Positions 10,856 through 26,219 of a stretch of DNA of 64,000 bases are shown here, piece after piece; the stretch's first letter is position 1, and each line of letters begins with the position of its first letter. Location of the stretch: assembly GCF_009914755.1 (NCBI RefSeq), contig NC_060928.1. One strand, written 5' to 3'. The notes beneath the pieces were generated by a model. It saw only the letters and a list, made by a program, of their open reading frames with translations. It searched no databases and was not told where the DNA came from. Source of the DNA: the human T2T-CHM13v2.0 reference genome, Homo sapiens. The translations under genes were made by a program, and so were the position numbers.

Positions 10856-12286
10856 CCCAAGAGTTTTTAAGAGAATTGTTCAAATGATCACTGCACTTCG
10901 TGTAAGCCATTCTCAGAGGCAGTTTCTGAGAATGTCATGGAAACTACGTAAACCAAGCTGATTCATTTTTAGATTCTCCTCACGTTTGTCACCTTTGCTC
11001 TCATTCTTTGAGGTGTTTGGTTTGACTTACGTGGGTAGGCAGTCTAAGACTAGTACTTTGGCCTGATAATTTGATTGTTTGTCACATGCCTCTTTGTTTT
11101 CAAAGCCTTTTCCAATCCTTAGTCAACCTCTTAACCACTGGGAATGTTGGATTGTCTGAAGTTGAAGCACAGTTTTCTCTCTGAGCCCTCTAAAGAAGTC
11201 TTTTAGTTGTTGATAATCAAATTTGCTCCTTCAGAAACTAAAATTCCAAGGTATTTTATGAACTTAAGGCAGATAAGATGAGGTCTCAGGTATCAAAATC
11301 ACTAATAATTAATTTGCTGCCACTAGCTGCTGCTCCAAAGCTGACATTTAAGCTATGTGAAGAGGACCAAGTCTAAATTGGATTTTATAACCCAGTCAAA
11401 GCTGGGGGTGATGAAGACTCTCATTGACTTTATGTAATGGAGATTTATATAGGGATATTGGAGAGTTGGGGATACTGCTGAATATTTCTAAATCTCCTCT
11501 TTCTTGAAAAACTTATGCTTTTATTCCTCAGTGGCTTTTCCTATTTCCTGTTCATTAAGTCAACAAATATTGAGCCCCAGCTAACACCATGCATGAGTGA
11601 CAATGTCAAAACCATATCCTTCTACTCCCCCACCAAACCAAATCAGAACCAAAATTTGTCTTTGGAAAATGGATCTCTTTGTCACTAAGGTTCAAAATTT
11701 TGGAATAAGGTTTGAATTCAGGGGCGAGTTATCAGGATGTGTTTTGTCGTTCCAACCTCCTGTCTCAAGTCATTCATGACTGTGCAGCATCAACCAGTCA
11801 GATATTTGAGGACCTTCTGTGTTTCTTGTCCTGTGCTCCATGTTGTTGGAAAGCCTACAAAGTAGCTGGGGAGAAAAGGCTAAGACTCAGATAATGCTCA
11901 ACCTCCATGACTGGGAGGATCTTGTCAGGCTCTTTTAACTAGTATTCAGCCCAACACATTTTCTTAGTAAACATGAGGAACTTGGCTTAGCATTCAGAAA
12001 TAATAAGGCCCATTTTATTTCCCTTCTCTTTACCTTTTATAATGTAATTCGAGGACCCTTGAAAGGTAACCTCCAGCTTTTTTTCTTCCCAGGCTATCTT
12101 TCGAAATTTATTTTTTTAGTTTAAGGCGAGGATAAAAAGGGCACACCAAAGGGAATTGGGAAGTTTTATTAGAATCTGGATGGAATGTCTTCAGGCTCAC
12201 TGACAGATTAATTTGTGCCCTATTTCCGCTACAAAACATTCTGACTGCCTGCACCATTCCACATGCTTTTGACTGGTAGACTAGTA

Positions 12287-12645
12287 CAGATGCTCCTCAG
12301 CTTGCAGTGGGGTTATGTCCTGATAACCACATTATATTGAAAATATCTAAGTTTAAAACGCATTTAATACACCTCGCCTACTGAACATCAGAGCTTAGCC
12401 TAGCCTACCTTAAATATGCTTAGAACACTTACATTAGCCTGCGGTTGTGCAAAATCATCTAACACAAGCCTGTTTTATAATAAAGTGTTGACTATCTCAG
12501 GTAATTTACCAAATACTGTATGGAAAGTGAAAAATAGAATGGTTGTATAGGCATTTGAAGTGTGGTTTTTACTGAATGCGTATCACTTTTGTACCATTGG
12601 AAAGTCAAAATCGTAAGTTGAACCATTGTAAGTGGGGACTGTCCG
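12287..12645 (+). mobile_element. Tigger4b-like TcMar MITE
   Basis: TA|cagatgctcctc...cttagcctagcctaccttaaa...gtaagtggggactgtccg, with degenerate terminal inverted repeats. Confidence 0.8.
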
Positions 12646-12764
12646 TGTTCTGTTTTAGAGCTGCACATGCATTTCTGCACCTGCCAACAGAATTTTATGC
12701 TTACTGGGTCAGTAGTTTGTTTTCAAACCTACTTACACTAGTTGTAATCATCATCATCGCCTAA

Positions 12765-13150
12765 TTTAATGTTTTGTGAATCTATGAAATATAAGTGCAA
12801 AAATTGAATTGCTTCTAAATGAGATGCTTTGGAAAGTTTTAGTAAAGGTAAAAAATTTTGCTGAAATAAAACTGCCGTTAATTAAATATACATAAGATAA
12901 TTGCAAAAAGTTGGAGCAAAAATTGTAAGAATCTAAAAAGAGCCTGTATTCAGATTGCATTGAAAACACTTTTAAGTTCTGTCTCCACATTAAATAAACA
13001 AACTGGAAATTATAGATGATGCCTGTGGGTTTGTGCTGGAAAGACACCCTTATTGATATTCCTCTGACCTATTATGATGAAAAAGCCTTGGCCTTTTGTC
13101 AAAAAATTGTGAATGAATGTATGTTTAGATGTTTTAAGGTGAATTTAAAT
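12765..13150 (+). mobile_element. Old Tigger-family (Tigger13a-like) fragment
   Basis: aaactggaaattatagatgatgcc...gaaaaagccttggcc resembles a decayed pogo/Tigger transposase segment. Confidence 0.4.
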
Positions 13151-14349
13151 GTTTTGGCTATAACTAGCGTTTTAAAAATCTCAATCTTTAAATGCCTTTT
13201 AAGATAAAATGTCCAGTTCCTGCTTCTAATAGTCTTAGCTTAAGGGACTTGTACTTAACAAAACATTTCCATATTCTAACACACGTACCCCCTGGTTTAG
13301 GATCATTGTGTGTATGGAATTATCCCCACATGGGGAAACGGGAAAAAAGGCTGAGAATTACTGGTTTGTCCTGGGTTGAGGTACACATGTCTCACTTGGC
13401 ATTACCTATATTTAATTCCTTTCACACCCTGACGTAACTGGTTATCAGTTTTTTTGTGTTTGTTTTTTTCCTGATACTAGCTTTAGAGATAAAAGGACAT
13501 TGGAAATACTGCCTGTTTAATCAGTTTCTCTTATGTTAGTCCAGAATAAGGGGAAATATGATTTGGGAAGCAAAATAAGCTCATTTGGAAAGGCAAAGTT
13601 ATTTTAGTGATCTTTTAATGTATTTCTTTAAGGTATACACACAGTCACACACACACAAACACACACTCACATACCCCACATGGGATAATGGATAACTTAA
13701 AGATGTACTCAATCTGTCCGGGAAGGAGAAATTCTCTCATTATATGTAGATAAAAGCTGGGACCACTTAGTTCCTGGATTTTTGCATTCATTCAAGTGAC
13801 TTGGCTTTTTGGCCCAAGTGGTGCATTCCAGCTATCCTTTGCTACTCTTACATTAGCAATTCGATTTAATTTTTAATCCCAACCATGGAAAAATTATGTG
13901 TTAAAAAAGCAAGTAGAAAGTTGTTTTTCTATTCCAATAAAGAGAGTGGGAGGAGAAAACTTAACAAATTTGAAGTTGAAATGTGTGATTTCTTAAACTA
14001 GAGTCATTTCAGAGTTTTTTTGGTCTTTAAATATACTTTTGGAATGTTTTCACTTGCACATTGGCTTTGCCACTAAACCCGTTGCACACACTGCAGTGGT
14101 TTCCTAATTGAAATTGTGCAATTCCACGTATTTTTCCTGTGATTACATTTCAGTGGGTAAAAGTTGATCTTCACAACAACTTTGTGAGGTGGGTTGGTTG
14201 GATATTATTCTTCACCCAACACCTTCACCTCCTTTTTGATTGATCAGGACTCAGACTTGCCCAAGGTAAACAGTGATGATCTTAAGGCCAAGTCTTCCGA
14301 CTGTTGTTTACACCTTCTTCTACCATGTAGAGATACCACCCTAGGCTGC

Positions 14350-14560
14350 AGAACACTGTTGTCAGTTTGGAACTTCCATGATGATGGAAAATGTTCCACT
14401 ATTGCATAGTTGCCATCACAGTCGTCAAATATGGCTTTTAAACACTTGAAATGTGGCTGGGATAGCTGTACAACTAAAATTTTTATTTTGTTTAATTTTA
14501 ATTAATTTACACTTAAACAGCCACATGTGGCAAGTGGCTACCATACTGTATAGTGCAGCT
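14350..14560. mobile_element. MER3-like hAT-Charlie MITE
   Basis: atgatggaaaatgttc...cacttgaaatgtggct...cagccacatgtggcaagtggctaccatactg. Confidence 0.75.
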
Positions 14561-14621
14561 TAGGAATGTAGTCTAGAAGTATTTATAGTCTGATCTTTCT
14601 CTTTTTTCCAAGAAAAACTTT

Positions 14622-15007
14622 ATTTATTTATTTATTTTTTATTATACTTTAAGTTCTAGGGTACATGTGCACAGCATGCAGGTTTGTTACATATGTATAC
14701 ATGTGCCATGTTGGTGTGCTGCACCCATTAACTTGTCATTTACATTAGGTATATCTCCTAATGCTATCCCTCTCCCCTCCCCCTACCCCACAACAGGCCC
14801 CAGTGTGTGATGTTCCCCTTCCTGTGTCCAAGTGTTCTCATTGTTCAATTCCTACCTATGAGTGAGAACATGTGGTGTTTGGTTTTTTGTCCTTGTGATA
14901 GTTTGCTGAGAATGATGGTTTCCAGCTTCATCCATGTCCCTACAAAGGACATGAACTCATCCTTTTTTATGGCTGCATAGTATTCCATGGTGTATATGTG
15001 CCACATT
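14622..15007 (-). mobile_element. 5'-truncated L1PA 3' end
   Basis: ttattatactttaagttctagggtacatgtgcac...ggctgcatagtattccatggtgtatatgtgccacatt. TSD aagaaaaacttt at 14610-14621 and 15008-15019. Confidence 0.95.
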
Positions 15008-15981
15008 AAGAAAAACTTTTTTTAATTAACAAAAATTCCAAACATACACAAGAGTAGAGAAAATAGTATAATGAACCCTTCCGTCCCATCACCTAGCCCA
15101 GTCATCAATTCTTGGCCAATCATTTTTTTTTTTTTTTGCATCTCCCCCTCCCATTTAAATTCATAGCCAATCTTGTATTGTCTATTTACCATTCTCTTTA
15201 GCCTCCTCGCTCCCTTCTCTAACCTCTTCCCTCACCTCTCCCCAAATTATTTTGAAGCAAATAACAGGCACTGTCTGATCTCATTTTTGTTTTAAGAGCC
15301 AAGCTGTGACCTGGGGAAGGAGGGGCAGTGAAAGGGATCAAGGAGAGATACTCGAGGATCTTCAAACGTATCTGTGATTTAAAAAGAAAGGATGAAGTAT
15401 ATGGATGGTAAAAGTTATGGTTTAACAAAGATAGGTCATGAGTATTCAGATACGTGATACTCTGTATGCTTGAGCTATTTCATCACCATCATCATCATCA
15501 AAAAGCCAAGTTGGAACTCACGTGGAAGTTACTGTGCCAGGCCTCGCTTACCTGTGCTTATCTTGAACTTTGGGTTTATGCATAATTTAAAACACTTAAA
15601 CATTATTTCTGTGCAATATTTATCATTGAGCTTTATTGAATACCAGCAGTGCTGTAGAGTCATGGGACCTTTAAAAGGTCAAAAGAAAGCTGAGGATCAT
15701 TTTAGTCTAGTCTCCTCAGAAAGCTTAGCTCCTGAGAGAAGTAGCTTGATTTGAGCTCATATGAAGTGGCCCAGTGCTTCCTGTCATTTACCACACTTGC
15801 CAGAACGACTGATTCACTGAGTTAAAACTTGGCATTGCTAAGTCATTCTTACCTAGCTTTTAAAATGACAGATTCTTATGACCTCTTTGAGAGCAGAGAT
15901 ATGCCTAAGTCTGCTTGCTTGGCATTGTAGATACTCTTGTTAGAGAGAAATGTTTTCATCATTAATAGTATAAAAGAGTCA

Positions 15982-16290
<309 letters not shown>

Positions 16291-17398
16291 TCATTTATCA
16301 AATTTTGTCTTTTGGGCTTAGAATTTATGCCTATTACTGGTGGTATAATATTATGTATTATTGCCTATATAATACATATTATATATAATTTATTATAGGA
16401 AATACTTATTTTAATATTTCTATTTCTAAAAGAAACTTGTGTATCAAGTACATTTTAGTCATATGAACAGACACATTGAAGGAAATAATGCTTGCACCAA
16501 TGATATTTAAAAGTGCAGTTTTCCTCACAACATAAAGCAAGAATTGTTGCTATGCTTTTATAGTTTAATTTAGGAGCCAATAGTGATTTTCTCTCATGAC
16601 AGAGTGCAGAATATGTATATTCTAAATTTGGAACCCTATACACGGTATCTTAGGATTTAAAGGGAATGGTTTTGTGATGGTAAAAGGATCTTGTATCATC
16701 GGAAATGCTCTCAGGGCTTGGCTCAGCTGTCTATTGATGTAAAAAGATAATGTGCTTTAGAAAAAGAGCTATATTGAAATTTTCACCAACTTTCTGATGG
16801 ACAACTGCAAGCTTTCAGCTATAAGAGGCTGCCATTTCTTTTACATGGTTTTGTCTCCAGCAGAGTCTGCCCTTTGTGTTCCCTTAGGCTTTGTTAACTA
16901 TGTTCCTGGGAGAGAAGGAAAGTCTGTGTTTCATCTCATCATCTGTGTTGCAGTTTAGTCCAGTTTGCTTTATTCCATGGTGAGTGGAGAGAGTAAGTAG
17001 TTGGATGGCGCCCTACATTTTAATGTTACCACAACTCAAGATTTATGCTAGTTTTGCAAAGAATTCTCTCATGAAATGAGTTTTATCTCCACTTGACAAG
17101 AGACAGTTGAATCCACAGTAGGGCTAAGAAGAAGATTTAGGAAGATATTTGGTCAAATTAGTTATCCTGTGCTTTTTATGCAGGATAGAGACAGGAAACT
17201 GTTAAGGCTTGTAAAATGACTATGACCTGATTAGGCAAATATAGCAACTATTTTCAGCAAAGAAGCCACAAGATGAGTATAGCTGACTTTTTTTTTTTTT
17301 AATGTATAAAGTTTGGAGATTTTCCAGTGATTTTCTAATAGATCAAATTTAAATCTAACAATAATACATCTTGAAAAAAATTAAAAATTTATGTAATC

Positions 17399-17707
<309 letters not shown>

Positions 17708-17754
17708 TCAGTTAATGCTTATGCTTTATTGCAGTTAGAAAAGTGCTTAACCTG

Positions 17755-18037
<283 letters not shown>

Positions 18038-21000
18038 TTAACCTGATGTAGCTATAACATTAATAAGAAATAGAAATTTATCTAACTTTCTCTTTAGTTA
18101 ATGGCCAATGGTTTATACACAGTTTTGGTTAAGCTTCAATTAGGTTCCGTGTTGAATTATTGATGGCATGGTAAGATGATAGTAAGGGAGGCAAATGTGT
18201 AAGCCATCTATGAATGAGCTTCATTATTTAGCTCATTTATTTGAGGGAGAAAAAGTACCAAAAAGGCAACCCACATTCTTCAGTTAAACTGCTGGAAAAA
18301 CACATGCCACCTCTTGGCTCTGACTAGGAAATGGGGGCCTGATGGTGCCATAGTCTTCAGTTTTTCAAAAGAAGAGATGGACATTTGGAATTTGATGTGA
18401 AATTTCCACATCTGACAATGTTGGCAACTAAATGTTTTAAAAATACTGTGTGGGTCACATAAACACATTTGCTGGTTGAGTCTGCCAATTTGCAATCTGA
18501 TTTCCATTGGAAATAAATTTATTTGTTTTTCTTGTATTTGAATAAAGGAACCATTAATAGTTTTTTTTTTGGTATGCCTTTTAGAATGATTTAACATTTG
18601 AACAATTTAAGCTTTTTGTGTGTGCAGAAAATGTGGCTGCTTTTAAAATACAAGTGAAGCAAGTGCTTGAACTCTGATATTAAAACATATAGATTGGTTG
18701 AGGACAACATCAACATTTTTGAATTGTTTCTGTAACAGGATTTCTCCAATACAGGCCCGGCCATAAGAGAGCAAATTTGGAGAACCAAAAGTTGATGTAT
18801 GGTGTGAGCAGGCCCACAGCTGAGGGAGTGGGAGGAATTCTAGAGTGTGTGGTAGCCAAGCAAATGTGGCTCCGCAAAAACATATGCTATATATAGTGAA
18901 TGGGGTTGGATTTTCTATTTTTGGTTGAGTTCCAATGACAGTTAATGGCTGTTCCTATAGGCCATGAAATTATTTATGAATTCGGCAGTGGGACGATATA
19001 AAATGCAAGTTGATATAGGTAGAATAAAATTTGTTACCAAATTTCAACAAATTATTAGTGCTAGAGCCAGAAGGGCCTTCAAAGGTCACCTAATAAAGGA
19101 CCTTCCTTTAAGATGAGGAAACTGAGGCCTGGGGAATTGAGGCTTAAATTTCCCATTAATCCTTATTGAGGCCTAAGGACTTAAGTTGAGGCTTAAATTT
19201 CCTGTTAATCCTTCCCTCTACAGCTGAAACCCAGCATCCTCCCTTCTTTTCGGTCTTCCTGCCTATACAAAAATGCATCTTCTACGAACTATTAGTGACA
19301 ATTAGAGTCTCAGAAAAACAAAAAAGGCAGATGTTTTGTAAGCAGACTATTTAGAAAACATCTTTCTAAAAGGTTGATTTAGGCTGTCTTTCTAATTATT
19401 GGAACATTTTTATTGATAAAATTTCTGTTGTTTTTGTTATGAGTTTTGAGACTCTTCTTTTCCGAAGCCTACTCTTTCATAACCTTTTTAAGAAGCAAAA
19501 AGCCAGTGAGATCATTAACAGTAAAAGAAAAAGATGTGGCAAAATTGCTCTTGATTTTACAGAATGTCCTAGTAGTGGGTTGAACCACGTGAAAGTTGAT
19601 ATCCAGCCATTTCTCAACTACAAAAATAGTAGCTTCATGTGATTCAAGATGGTAGCTTGAGCAAAATGGTAATAAGGAGTATTGATGTATCTTCCTATTC
19701 TTAAAGAAATCCGTGGCATTTTACATGGTCATTGAACACTCCACCCCTCTCAATTTATTCTACTCAAACACTGTTACGCCAGAGCATTTTTATTGAGAAA
19801 TATGGAGTTGGAAGTTAAAGGTTCCATGTGTACATGTGGAATAGTCTTCTTCCCACATGTTATGTTTGGCTTGAAACATAGTCTTCTTGCCTTGAAGAAA
19901 AGACTCCCTAGCTAAAGTCAGATGCTGGATTTGTCTCTAATTTTTCAGGCCAACAGAAGCAAGTTGGCGGCGGGAGCTCTTTTCATGCTCAGTCTTGGTC
20001 ATGAGCACAATAGTTTCATATGTAGTTCTTAATATTACAACTTGCATTGAGGATCTGGGACTCTTGAACACATTGTCTTGTTGTAATCGTATCCTAATTC
20101 TGATTTGGGAGACAGGGTGAATGAGCCTCCAGAGACCAGTATTGAACTTTAGACCTCTTCTTCTGCTGGTTTTCTAAATCGAATCCACTGAATATTTGTT
20201 TGGCCAAACAAATTTTTAAAATAAGTGGCATTTTAGCATTTTGGAGATTACAAAAGGTACAAAATATGAGACATTTGAACTTCACTTTGAAAGTTACAGA
20301 GAAATTTGAGAAAATGTTGGGAACTCTGAATCATATTTCAGGCCCCTAACTAAATAAAATAAATCTTTGACTTTGGGCATCAAGGGAATTAATAAATGTA
20401 TCCATGCGAATTTTTCTTAAGAAATTAGAAAAGAGAAGTCCATATGCAATCCAGTCGATAGGAGTAGGGTAAACTCTACCGACTTCATGGTTCATAAAGA
20501 TTAGAGTGTATCACAGCTGAGTAAACACAACCAAGGAGGCATCACAAACAGCAACATAGTAATGGGATTTTTCTCTACTACTTTAAACCAGAGGGTTAGT
20601 TAAAAATTCACTTCTGACATTTCTAGCCCTTTTCTGACTATTAGTTAAAAATTCAGATGCTTTCCTCCAGTTCTTAAAAAGCATTTCATAATACTTTTGT
20701 ATGAACTGTAGAACTAAAGGGCCCTTTTCTTGGGGTTTCCAAAAGAAAAAAGGTATTGGAGAGACTAAATCTATTTTTTCTCTCTTATTTCTGCAAAAAT
20801 GCCCTTCCATACTTCTGTTCCCTTCAGAATAAGTAACAGCTCAACTCCCAGCATGACATGCATGCCCTTCCGAGACTTCATGCCTGTCTTCCTACAATCT
20901 CCATTAGGCTACCTGCTGGGCCCTGTGTGTGTACCCTTCGCTTACCTCTGCTTTTGCATTTCACCTAAATGCCTTTCTCTTTGGCCTGTTTCCAGTCTCT

Positions 21001-22373
21001 CTATCTAGTCATCCTTCAGGACTCTCAACCAGGCAGAGTTAGGAGGACTAGTTTTCTGAATTCCCATTTTTCTTAGGCTTCTCTAATCAGCAGATACTGT
21101 GTTGTACCATAATAGTTTTCACGCCTTATTAATTTTTGTATCTTAAACACAGCATAGAGTAGTGGCTAGCACAAAGGAGTTATTCAGTAAATGCTTCAAA
21201 AGTAATTGTGCAGTTACAGGCTCAGGTCTCTTGCTATGTAGAGCGACTTAGTCAGAAAACATTACTGTGGCAAAACATCCTAAAAGGAGATTGCAGAACA
21301 AAGAATTTAACGATCTCCTAAATTTTCTCCAGGAATTCTTACAGTTATCAGTATTTAGTGGTTGAGCATCTGACAACAGGAAGCTTTGAAGGGCTGAGAA
21401 ATAAAGACATGCAATGAATTGGCTTAAGATTTTAATTTTCATTTCACCTGTTTTCTAGTCTCAGTCCAATTTTTCTCAGCCCTGGATTGCTCAGACCATA
21501 CTAGTTGGATTGGACAGAGTGTAATATAATTTACTCCTATCAATCAGAAAATACTACAGTGACTGGTGAGGCAGCCTTAGCAAATGATATAGGTATTTCT
21601 CTTTGATGCTGTATTCAGGGCCTTCCCCTGGGCTTTTCTTAGTAATTGAAATTATGTGTATAGGATTGACTCCTGAAGCTGTTTTTTATGGAAATTAGTG
21701 GGCATCTTTCAGTGTTTTCATTTTCATTGCTTATTTGCTTCCAGAAAACTACCAACATGCTTGATGAAAGTTCTAGAAATAATGTGAGAGGTGATTATTC
21801 ATTAGATATCTTTGTCCTGTGGAAGTGGGGAAACAGGATTCATTGGAACAATAAGTATTTACATTTTAAAAGTTTATATATGATATCTGTATGTATATCT
21901 TACATAAACATACATAAATGTCTAGGAGAATTGATGTTGAATTAATAGAGAACAACATTTTAAATATTTTCTACTGTGGAATTGTTTAATGTGGGAAAGA
22001 CTATACAAGGTGCTTCATAGTTTCAATATAGTTCCAATCAGTTGAAACCATTAAAAACCTATGATACATTAATATATCAAACCTATGAGATGTTAATATT
22101 ATATGCATTTTACAAGTAAAGATAGAGGCTCAGAAGTAACTTTCCCCAAAGTCATTCCCCTAAAATATGGCAGAGCTGGAGTCTTTACTTCTGACTCCCA
22201 GCCAATGTTTATCCCACTATTCCATGCTGCTTTTTTTTATATTAATTATGGAGAGGTTTTTTTTTTTAGCCTTTCACCTAAAATATTGAGATTTGAGTAC
22301 TAAATTTAAGAATAGCACATGGACTTCATGCAGACATCAATGTATACTGGTGAAAGGAAACACTAATTTTTAG

Positions 22374-22430
22374 CTTAAGATTAGATTTAGATTTAGATTT
22401 AGATTAAGATTAGATTTAAGATTTAAATCT
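22374..22430. repeat. Imperfect (AGATTT)n simple repeat
   Basis: taagattagatttagatttagatttagattaagattagatttaagatttaaatct. Confidence 0.85.
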
Positions 22431-23609
22431 TTCTACGTATTGTGATCAGAATATTGAGGAGGTTGTTTTAGCTAAGTACTTTTTAATTGTGACCTTTGAA
22501 TCTTGTCTTAAGCACAACACTTACGAAGATGCCAAGACTTTATGAGCTTCTTAGAAGGGCAGTATTCACTTGAGAAAGCAGGAAAAAGGAAACCACTTTA
22601 AAATAAAAAAACTTTGGAGCTATTCATTGATACACTGTTCATCTTTAAAGAACGTGGTGAAGGTCTAGGTATAAAATGCCAAATGGTTGTCACAGCTGCC
22701 CCATACAGCTCTGCATTGTCTTCTTAAAAACAGACCTTTTAAAATATGAGGATGTAAGCTATTTTTTTAAAAGTAATTGTTAACTAAAGATGGCCGGTGG
22801 ATCCACAGGATACCACAAGCTCCAGGTTGTTACGATCCCCAACTACCATGACTTAGTGAGGTTGGACATCTTTTTATGTGGTTATTGGCCATTTCTATTT
22901 ATTTCTCTGCAAATAACGTATTCACATCCTTACCTTCCTCCACTACCTGCCCCCCTACTGCCCTGCCAATTGGGCTATTTATCTTGTTGAGGTTCATCCT
23001 TTATTGTATGTGCAAATATCTTCTCCTAGCCAGTCATGTATCTGTACTTTTGTTTTTGGTGTCTTGTTACACAGAAGTTCTAACTGTGCCATCTTTTCTC
23101 TTTGGTTTGTACTTTTGGTGTGTTGTTTTAGAAATCTAGATCACTCTTCACTGAAATTCACTTAATTATATTTAACTACTGTTTTGTCTTTTGCTTGGTG
23201 GTTTAGAAGGGGCAAGAACATAGCAACTGCTAAGAAACACAGTTCATTCACCCAGTGGGAGAAGTACTGAACTAATAAATTAGAAGCAACTCAAAGAAAG
23301 CAAACAGCTTGGAACCTAAGGCATGAAAAGGAAGAGCGCTCAGGAATCCAGCCTTTTTAGTTGGGGCAGGCAATTAATGCTCTGTGATTTGAAGAAATGT
23401 TTATGAGGTAATTAACACCTAACTTGTAATTAGCAGTTGAGTACAAACTGAGCTAGATGAAAAACAAGCAAGGGAGCCCTTAAGTTAGTGATAGGGTCGT
23501 TAACTAAGGTTGTTAATGTTTGCTGTTTTGGGGGAGATATCCCATTTTAGTACTCCTTTCACTTAGGTTATTTTCTGATTTATAGATTAAAATTCTCATC
23601 AAAACAATA

Positions 23610-23810
23610 ATAAGTAATAATACTGGGCACTCATTCTGCTAGGCACTGTGTCTAAGGACTTCATATACATGATCTCATTCTGTCAACAGACTTATGAGTA
23701 GATGCCATAATTATGCCATTTTACAGATGAGAAAACAGGCTCAGAAAGGCTAATTAACACTCCCAAAGTCCACAGCTGGCAAGTAAATGGTGCCAGGATT
23801 GAAGTCAATT
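23610..23810 (-). mobile_element. MIR SINE
   Basis: aggcactgtg...ccattttacagatgagaaaacaggctcagaaagg core. Confidence 0.75.
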
Positions 23811-25657
23811 CTTTCTTCTCTCACAGGTGCCCAAATGTGATGTTACACATTTTTAAAAATAAAAAGTAGATGAGAAGAAACCGAGTGGTGAGTAGTTGAA
23901 GTCAGTGATGGGGCCTGTTATGCTTTAAATCAAGTATCGTTGGCATGCCCTGGGAGAGTTAGTTGCTCTTAAAGTTTCTGCAGGACTTTATCACTCAAAG
24001 CCTGTGTGGGGGGAAACAAAAAAGTCAAAGCTCCATCTCTCCTGGGGTCCCTGCTTTTCTACGTTCGCTTTGCTGCTACCCACCAGGATGACAGACGGGT
24101 CTGCCTCTCTTTTCCAGCCCCAGCCTTGTTCCACAGCATCCCTTCAGTCAGTCAGGTCCAGAGAAACCCACCTGTCACTCTGGTGCAAGGGAACTGGCTG
24201 TGGCTTGCAGTGCGTGTGTGCATGATACAGCATACGTGTGTGTGGAGCAGCCACGCAGCGCAGCACAAGGGAGGCAGCTCAGCTGTTGATGCCCAGAGGA
24301 GGGCCCTCTCCCAAGGTTCCTCATCAGCTCTTCAGCTCTCCACACAGCTCATCATGGATTTCCTCAGACCATCCCAAACATAACCTTACATTTTGGTGAA
24401 AATTTGTCTACTACTTTTTGTATGACACAAATCGAGCAAACAGCACAGAAACCAAAATCTATTTATTTGGAAATATTCTGAAGCGATTCACTGGTATAAT
24501 TTCATAGTGTTAAAGCGGGTTAGAACCCAGGCTCTGTTACTTACTTGCTCTAAGAACTTGGGCGAATTTCTTTGTGTCTCTGTGACTTTGTTTCCACATC
24601 TGCGAGGATGTACACTTTAATGCATTTTTTATGCACCTTAGACCAGTGCCTGGCATATAAATAATACCTTCTGAATGTTAGCTAGTTTTAGAGATGTAAA
24701 GCACTAAGCCACTATTTCCAGAGCGGTGGTCCTGGCACTATTTCAATACACCACCAACATTTTATATTCGTATCACTAATAGTTTTGGTGATTTGATACC
24801 ACTTTTACCTCTCCTCATAAATCAAGGCATTTTGTGGTCTCTAGAGAAGTAGGGTTCATTTGAGCCCCAGAATACAGCTTCTGGCTTTGGATCTATGCTT
24901 TTCCAGCAATCTTTTGATCACTCACATGTTGTCCCCTCATTTGAGCCTAAAGAATTGGTTTCTCTCCCCTCTCATATTGGTGGTGTTCATAAGTTCTACC
25001 CACTAGCAGTTGAAATTGGGACAAAAACATCCCAGATGTCCCGTGACTCTTCCTAATTCCTTTTCCTGTTGTCCTCTTTCTTTCTTAAAATTATCCCCCT
25101 TTGCCATGGTACTGGTCCACTATTTAAAGGTCAGTGACTCATGTTGTGCCTCAACACTCTGCCAATCCCTGTACCGGATGCTGGGGAGGCAAAGTGAATA
25201 CCACTTCAGGTTTTTGTTACTGGAGATTTCATAGAGTGTTAGAGCAGGAAGGGCTCACAAAGAAACAATCTCATCTAGCCCTTTTATTTTACAGAGAAAG
25301 AAGCCAAGACCCAGGAGAGTGAGTGACCTGCTTAAGACCCATAGGCTCAGAACTGGAGCCAAATCCCCTGACACTTGCCCACACTACAAACCCAAGGACA
25401 GTAGAACTAAGGCGTTCTAGATAGGTCATTTGTAGACAGATTCTTCAGTCGTTTCACACTGCCAAGTGGAGAAAACCCAAACTCCCCTTCTAGTCACCGA
25501 TCTTGTGTTTAGGACCCTGGACACTGGTTTATTTATGGTGAAAAGAATCTCACTGTTGGAGCTGGGCTGCAGATGGAATGAATCAAGTTTAACTTAGGTC
25601 CTCAATGCAGTTGGATATTTTATGGTAAGCTACCCTTTGTAAGAAATGTGAGCGCTT

Positions 25658-25966
25658 GGGTGGGTGTGGTGGCTCATGCCTGTAATCCCAACACTTTGGG
25701 AGGCCGAGGCAGGCAGATCACTTGAGGCCAGGAGTTCAAGACCAGCCTGGCCAAAATGACAAGACCCCATCTCTACTAAAAATACAAAAATTAGTCAGGT
25801 GCGGTGACACGTGCCTGTAATCCCAGTCACTCAGAAGGCTGAGGCATGAGAATTGCTTGAACCCAGAGGTTGCAGTGAGCAGAGATTGCGCCACTGCACT
25901 CCAGCCTGGGTGACAGCAAGACTATGTTTCAAAAAAAAAAAGGAAGAAAAAAGAAAAAAAAAAAAA
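25658..25966 (+). mobile_element. AluS element
   Basis: Dimeric Alu with long A-rich tail and imperfect TSD aagaaatgtgagcgctt / aagaaatgtaagccctt. Confidence 0.95.
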
Positions 25967-26219
25967 AGAAATGTAAGCCCTTTTAAAAGGCTTATTGAAC
26001 ACAGCTTGAGTTACTCTTGGTGCCTCTCGTGTGTGTATCTCTAGGACTAAAGAATAACTAATGCCTTGCGGACAACATAGAACGTGGTTGAAAAACTCTT
26101 TCTACCATCCCAAAGTGTTTACTATGACTATGTCAGCTTGGGGCATTTTTGGTTAGTTGGTATACTTTCTACAAACATGAAGTACTTCCCGTAGCCATTC
26201 CCATAGGTTTTTGTTGCAA

